Below the pieces are notes generated by a model. It ran no database searches. It worked only from the letters and a program-made list of their open reading frames with translations, and had not been told where the DNA came from. A stretch of DNA of 56,205 nucleotides, counting the filler, from Dugesia japonica (Eukaryota): NCBI GenBank assembly GCA_001938525.1. It is 5 parts of 5 records of this genome, joined end to end, with 100 filler letters (N's around TTAATTAATTAA, not from the genome) between each part and the next. Parts side by side here need not be neighbours in the genome. Positions count along the whole stretch, not along the records: positions 45,026 to 56,205 come from MQRL01643228.1; 4 more parts are not named here. One strand, written 5' to 3'. This document shows, piece after piece, positions 48,991 through 56,205 of this stretch; the stretch's first letter is position 1; each line of letters starts with the position of its first letter. Made by a program: the position numbers and the translations under genes.

Positions 48991-50641
48991 AATGTTGTTT
49001 AGAAGTTAATATTAACTAAATAATTAATGGACATGGAAGCAGGGTATGCTTGCTTAAAGTGCCAAATACCTTAGCGCTGGTTATATATAAAAACAGTATT
49101 ATAATATTATATTATATTTATATAACCGCCTGAATCTTGAAATTCATCCTCATCTATGGAATGTCAATATATACATCAAATAATGCTAATAAGACTCAAT
49201 AAATGAAATTTACGATTTGTGAAAAATTATTCACACTTATTATTTTAATAACACTTCATTATCTACTCAAGTGTCAATTCATCAAGCGTGAAGTTAATGT
49301 GTAAAGTCAGTCAAGCATGAATGGCATTTTTCTTTGTTCTACTGTACTCACAACAACCTTACTACTTTGAAAATGTTTAGTTTGATGCCAAAATAATAAT
49401 AATCACTCCAATAATATTTATTGTTAACTTTACAGTTATACATTAATAATTAAAATTATAAATATTATATTTTTTTAAAAAAAAGTTTTTAGCATTTCAA
49501 GAAATCGAGAACTGAATATTTTCATTTAACTGCAGACTTGGTAAGATATGTTTGTTTCAATGGCATTCTATTTTGTGGTAATTACTTTTCTTAGTACCAA
49601 TTAGAATGTCTACAATACCTATATTTTCTTCATAAAAACCAACTTGATAATTTAATAAAATTTTCAAATAATCGACAAAACTTGATAGCTTTTTATTATT
49701 GTTGAAAAAAATAAAATTTTGATTGAATAAAATAGTAATTCATTTTCCCTTTCAGCTGACAACTCATGAAATGCAATTTACTGACTCTTTTATTCAAATT
49801 CTGCTTCAAAGAAAAGTGATCTGGAATAAATAGAATTTCTTTTAATCAAAATTCACGAATTTATGGCATTCAAATATTAATCGTTAAACAACATTTCATG
49901 AAATGTGTAAATTTATTATGATATTAATTTAAAATAATTAAAATTTTAAATTTTTTAAGAATAAATTATATTAGAAAATTAACAGAATTCAGATTTTTTG
50001 TGTAGAAAGCGATTGTTACATGTTCAATTTACATACCAACCAATCAAAACAAATTCATTAGTTTGTAACATTCATTAATAAAACAAAAAGCATTTCTCTA
50101 AATTTAAGTTTTAAATTTGTCCATATTCTTTCTGAATTCCACTGGAAAATGATTACAAGTTTTATGAATAAAATTATCAGTATAATAATAATCAATACAT
50201 ACGATGATTAACATTATTAGGTAATTTTAAAAATTCGTAAATATTTTTTAAATTTTATGCAATAATGTTTTAATATTTATATTCAAATCAATGTTTATTA
50301 GTTTAACTTTTTAAATGTATATTTGGAATTTAATTGTAAAACTTTATAAAAATGTTTATTCACAAAAGTTTTTAAATGTAAATATTCATTTGAAAAGTTA
50401 AATAATTAGATTTTATCGTTTAATTATTTTTAATTCGAAAGTTTTATATTTGTAAAATATATTTTTAAATAAATATAATAAATTTGTTTAAGTTTATAAT
50501 TATTTAAAAATATAAATTGGGAAAGGCAAGTTTTGAAAAAAGCGTTCAAAAAGCAAGAAGAATTATTTGTATTTTAAATAAAGTATTGAATTAAAAGTCT
50601 TATTTTAGTTGACGGAAATGAAGAAAACAAATAGACCTAAT

Positions 50642-51270
50642 ATGGCGACTAACGCATCATTGGATTTGCTAAAAGAAACCATGAAACCTGGAATTTTCAA
50701 AATGGGCGATGATGTCGAAAAATTTATTTTGAAGACAACAAATTTTGTGATCTGGACAAAATAAAGAAAGGCCATTGGAATTTGGTTGCAATTGAATTCA
50801 TCGATAAAGATTTACGGGACATCTATGAAAATGAAGATCATTGGGATTTGAAGAAAGATACAGAAAGGCTTTCTTTAGGCCATCAACAATGATTAAATAC
50901 ATAGAAGAAGCTCTAAATTACCGAAGGAATGGAGAGCATGTCAGTATATTTAAAAAGATTTGGGAAATGGTAGATAATATAATGTCTTACAAATGGAACA
51001 AGGAATCTTTAACAAATTAACTAATAATAAACAGTTGCGATTATAATAAGATAAAGCTTAAAATCAAGTCTGGAAAAAAGCATAAAGCAGACGAGATATT
51101 TCAGACAATAAAAGACTGTGACAACTTAAAAGAAGAAATGAAAATGGATGATGCCAATATAGTACAAATCGATAAAAATGCAAAAGAGGGATTACCAGAA
51201 GAAGTAGAAAAAGATATTGAGCCCAAGGAGAAAACAAATGAGATTATTGGTAATTCATATTTCAAATCAT
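50642..51270 (+). pseudogene. Gypsy-like gag N-terminal remnant
   Basis: MATNASLDLLKETMKPGIFKMGDDVEKFI..EEALNYRRNGE; similar to 13290-13960. Confidence 0.5.
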
Positions 51271-51416
51271 AATTAATATTTTGAGACATAATTTATTTTA
51301 CTACAACAACACACGTTTCATAATATAAATAATATTGAATTACAAGAATTTCAATATTAATATTCAGATAACTCACTTTCTATTAGATGAGATTATTAAT
51401 TAATAATTATTTCCTC

Positions 51417-51465
<49 letters not shown>

Positions 51466-52680
51466 NNNNNNNNNNNNNNNNNNNNNNNNNNNNNNNNNNN
51501 NNNNNNNNNNNNNNNNNNNNNNNNNNNNNNNNNNNNNNNNNNNNNNNNNNNNNNNNNNNNNNNNNNNNNNNNNNNNNNNNNNNNNNNNNNNNNNNNNNNN
51601 NNNNNNNNNNNNNNNNNNNNNNNNNNNNNNNNNNNNNNNNNNNNNNNNNNNNNNNNNNNNNNNNNNNNNNNNNNNNNNNNNNNNNNNNNNNNNNNNNNNN
51701 NNNNNNNNNNNNNNNNNNNNNNNNNNNNNNNNNNNNNNNNNNNNNNNNNNNNNNNNNNNNNNNNNNNNNNNNNNNNNNNNNNNNNNNNNNNNNNNNNNNN
51801 NNNNNNNNNNNNNNNNNNNNNNNNNNNNNNNNNNNNNNNNNNNNNNNNNNNNNNNNNNNNNNNNNNNNNNNNNNNNNNNNNNNNNNNNNNNNNNNNNNNN
51901 NNNNNNNNNNNNNNNNNNNNNNNNNNNNNNNNNNNNNNNNNAAAGTAATAATAATATAGAAACACCTTACAATGCTTGATAATATCTAAGATATTCTTAA
52001 ATTTATAAATTTAAAACAAAAAAATTAATTTCCAGAATTTGAATATAAAATTTTAAATAACAATTTTTATTTATAGCAACCAATGGAAAATTCTACTTGA
52101 TAAAAAAGCGACTGAAGACAAAATCAAAGGGTTTTTTATTGAAAGTAAAACTTATAAAACAATAAAGAAAAAAGTATTGATTAATTTCATTCATTTATTC
52201 CGATTTTCTTAATTATTAAAATCCATTAAAATAGTTTATTGTCTAAATTTTGTTTATCACATAATCCAATGAAAATAAACATAGAGGTCTAATGTGTACA
52301 GTTAGTCAACTTAAATATTTACAAAAAGTCTCCAAAATAATTGCAATTCAATTCATATTTCTTTTCATTTCTCTCCACAATCAATTTCAGTAATAATTAT
52401 TAACAATAAAATATTTATAAATATTTTTAAATATTTCTTTATGTTGCTCTAGTTTCTAATAATAAATTGAAATATGAAACTGAAATATTAATGTTGAAAA
52501 TTAAAGAAATAATCTTAACACATTGGAATTATTGATTAAGTAATTATAATTAATATTAATTAATTTTAAAATATACAAAAATAACTTCAACAGTTCAAGT
52601 GCTTTTTGATGAAACTTTCATTTATTTTCTTATTTGTTTAGAAAGAAAATATTAATTAGTTAATATTTCTCAGTTCCAGA

Positions 52681-52992
52681 ATTATATTATATATTATATT
52701 ATATTATATTATATTATATTATANNNNNNNNNNNNNNNNNNNNNNNNNNNNNNNNNNNNNNNNNNNNNNNNNNNNNNNNNNNNNNNNNNNNNNNNNNNNN
52801 NNNNNNNNNNNNNNNNNNNNNNNNNNNNNNNNNNNNNNNNNNNNNNNNNNNNNNNNNNNNNNNNNNNNNNNNNNNNNNNNNNNNNNNNNNNNNNNNNNNN
52901 NNNNNNNNNNNNNNNNNNNNTATTATATTATATTATATTATATTATATTATATTATATTATATTATATTATATTATATTATATTATATTATT
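52681..52992. repeat. (TATAT)n pentanucleotide microsatellite spanning a gap
   Basis: Perfect ATTAT repeats on both sides of the Ns. Confidence 0.96.
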
Positions 52993-53819
52993 CACGTGTT
53001 ACAATTGCACATGTAATTATTTTCTTCGACGCTGATATTCGATATTTTGGTTCCATTTCCTTTATCAATCCATCGATTTTTAAAATAACTTTTTGCAAGT
53101 CAATTCCTGACGAAGACAAAGTCGAAATATAGAATTGTTATCAATATAGTAAAACTAAAAAAATAAATTTTGATCGAAGCTTTTAGTTTAAATGAATAGT
53201 AGAAACTGTCAAAATATAAATTCTGCTAGCAATTCTTTGAAAAATCTGAAATAATAATTTGGAAATTTTATACGGAATTATTTACAAAGATTTTATTATT
53301 TGAAATTCAAATTTTTTTGATGCTTTCAAAATTTCTGGTTTATTTGTTTCAGTTTTGTACCAAAAATTTAAAATTCATCTATTTTCCTCCAAAATCAGTA
53401 AAATGATAAAAAAAATTGTAGTATAACAAAATTGTGGGAATTTTACTAAAAAATTTACCTATTGATACATTGTTTCAATTTTGCTTTCATCAATATAGTA
53501 AAACATTTTATTGGATGGTAAAATAAATTTTAAAAATACTCTGAATTTTATCACTTTTAATATTAAAATAAAATTATGAATTATTATTTAAATAATTTTG
53601 AATTATTAATTGTAGCATGAAAAATAAATAGAAACATATTATTTTTTATTAATTTCATTTCTTTATTAATATAATAATTTTCTACGTATTTATGTAGGGG
53701 AATTCGTCTGTATCGCTCCAATATTTTAACAAATATATCAACTTGATAAAGTAAAATAGTTTAAAGTAATTTATTTTAATTTAAATTTAAAATATGATTC
53801 AGAAAATGTTTGTAAAATA

Positions 53820-54392
53820 TTAGGTTGTCTAAAATGTATTCGCCGATTTTGTGAATAGGACAAGAAAATATATATATATAGTTTTAAGGATTTGTTTAAA
53901 TATTTCAATTTTCAAAATCGTATAATCATTGCATTCAAATTGCTTTAAAAAGTTTGATATTTGATTAATAAGTAAAAATTTATTCTTCTTAAGGAATTGA
54001 TATAAATAATAAAGAAATTCGACACATTGAAATTTTATGAAAGACAAACATGATACGCAGGTTACTAAAGAGATTTATGTAGCTTCTGGTGCATACGCTG
54101 TATCTGATAGCACAGTCCGTGAATGGTTTGCTCGATTGTGCTTAGGAAAATTTAACGTCAAAGATGCACCTTGTTCTAGCCAACCAATCAATCAAAAAGT
54201 GGATCAAATCAGTTAGAAAGCAAAGAAAGACAGATTTATAAGTAGCCATAATTATCTCAGTATTTATCATCAAACCGTTTTGAACCATTGACAGAAAGCT
54301 GGATTTCAAAAAAGAAACAAAATCGAAAGATTTTTGAAACGCATCAATACAGATTACGGAAAAATGGATCAAGTACGATAACCATGTGTGAG
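53820..54392 (+). mobile_element. 5' fragment of a mariner from the same family as 39131-40396
   Basis: TA+TTAGGTTGTCTAAAATGT..GATTTTGTGAATAGG; AYAVSDSTVREWFAR..KWIKYDN. Confidence 0.88.
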
Positions 54393-56205
54393 GGCATAAA
54401 ATTATAGAATTAAGAATTTATAGTTGAAATGAATTCAAATTTTAATTTAAATAAAATTATAATGTAATTAAACTTTTTGTAAGTATGATGAAGTAACATT
54501 GTCTTAATAACACAAAAAAAATTTAAATTCTCAGTTATTCTTAAAAAAAAAAGTAATAAAGGCTTGGATCGAAAAGTAAAGAAACTATGAAAGTGCTATA
54601 GTAAATAAATCTTTTTTTTAAATTAAATATACCATGTGAAGAAAATTGAAGCTTTACCTTTAGATATTAGTTAACCAACATCATTTTTAAATAAAATAAA
54701 CATACGTATTCGTTTAAAAAATACGTAACTTAATTAATAATTTCATTGAAAGTATGTCGAATATCAAAGTGCAATACTCAACTAATCTATCAAGAACATC
54801 AATTTAGTAAACTACACATAATTAAAAATTTTAAATTTCAAACCATATAAATTTTAAGTGCTGCAACATATTTATTGTATACTTTAAATATTGTTTATTC
54901 AAGTTCTGTGACGAAAATTGTATTTTCAATGATGAATGGTGTATATTCTCTGATGAATCGTGTATTTTCAATGTTGAATTGTTTATTTCCAATGGCGAAT
55001 CTATAATTTTCCATGACGAAGTGCTTATTTCAATGTTCAAGTGTTTATTTTTAATATGAAATTAATACAAAATTTATTAACTTAAAAGTTCAATTATAAA
55101 ATTAGTAATTAACCTAAAATAATTTTTAAAATTAAAATTATAAATTACAATATACAATTGAAAATAATAAATTCGATAAAACAATAATTCAATTATCTAA
55201 AAAAATAAATAAATGAAATGAAATAAAAAGGATAATAACAAAAATAAAAAACGAATTATAACAATATTAAATAAAACAGTCATTTCGAATCAAATTAATT
55301 ATGATAACATGCGAAGATATACCACCCTCAGTGAAAAATAACAACAGTAGCATAAAGAACACAGCTTGAGTGGTGCTATCCAAAATACTATCATTGGGTA
55401 TAGATGACTCATGTGTTATTCAAATTTCTTATATGGTTGGGTAATTGATATTATTTATATACACCCATTGATATATGAGTTTTCAATAGCACATGACTCC
55501 TCATTACTCATTATCCATTACTTTACTATTGAAGTGTTTATCAATAGTTGTCCTTTAGGTAATGTATAGATAGTTTTTAATTCTGACTCGAAGGCAATCA
55601 AAATATTACCATCATATAGAACTAATACTATTATATATTATCTCGTGAATGAGGCAGTTTATGGTATTAGTCCTTTAAGCAATATATGGATAATTTTTTA
55701 TCCTGAGTTAAATGGACTTTGTCATCGATTTATACAAATAATTACAAAAATATGACAATTTAAATAAAACCAATAATTTCTCTTAATTTAAATGAAAATA
55801 AGTCATTCCACTTCATTTAAACAAAAATTATAGAAATCTTTCAATTAAAACAAACAAACTATGATTATCTAATAATTACATAAACGTTAAATAACCAACA
55901 TATACTTTAACGAATCAAATCACAGTAATTCAGCCACAATTACGTTATCGCTTGCACACCTTTTATCTATTTTAATCGTCCTACTAAATACACGAAAACT
56001 CTGACATCACTGTTACGTAATAATATGAACACATATTATCGTCCCATGAAATACACGTAAAATTCTTACACCATTTAATATTTTCTCCTGGGAGGGGTTT
56101 GAGTGGCAGTGCGCTACTATGTCTAGTTATTATAAATTATAATTAAGAAATTCTATTTATGTGATACAAGCAATTTTCGAATATTAAACATTAGTTTATA
56201 TTTTT

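Overview
Very AT-rich eukaryotic DNA with (TAA)n and (TATAT)n microsatellites and many N gaps. The composition and transposon content look planarian/flatworm-like (inference only). The window is five separate pieces joined by four identical artificial 100-bp linkers (44N-TTAATTAATTAA-44N), so adjacency across the linkers is not biological. I see no intact host gene; most recognisable content is decayed transposons: a Polinton/Maverick capsid module, four mariners, Tc1/IS630-like, hAT, Merlin-like and piggyBac-like ends, a REL-endonuclease non-LTR element, tRNA-derived SINEs, and Gypsy gag/pol scraps. The main feature is one 14-kb contig (21681-35670) holding a giant, recently decayed Ty3/Gypsy LTR retroelement. 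Its order is: gag (3 zinc knuckles) - about 7 tandem divergent ubiquitin-like domains - AT-hook - Bcl-2-like domain - chuvirus-like envelope glycoprotein - two aspartic proteases - RT - RNase H - integrase. The env lies between gag and pol, and the parts appear to be relics of one very long + strand reading frame. All domain calls come from motif recognition by eye and need HMM or structure confirmation.
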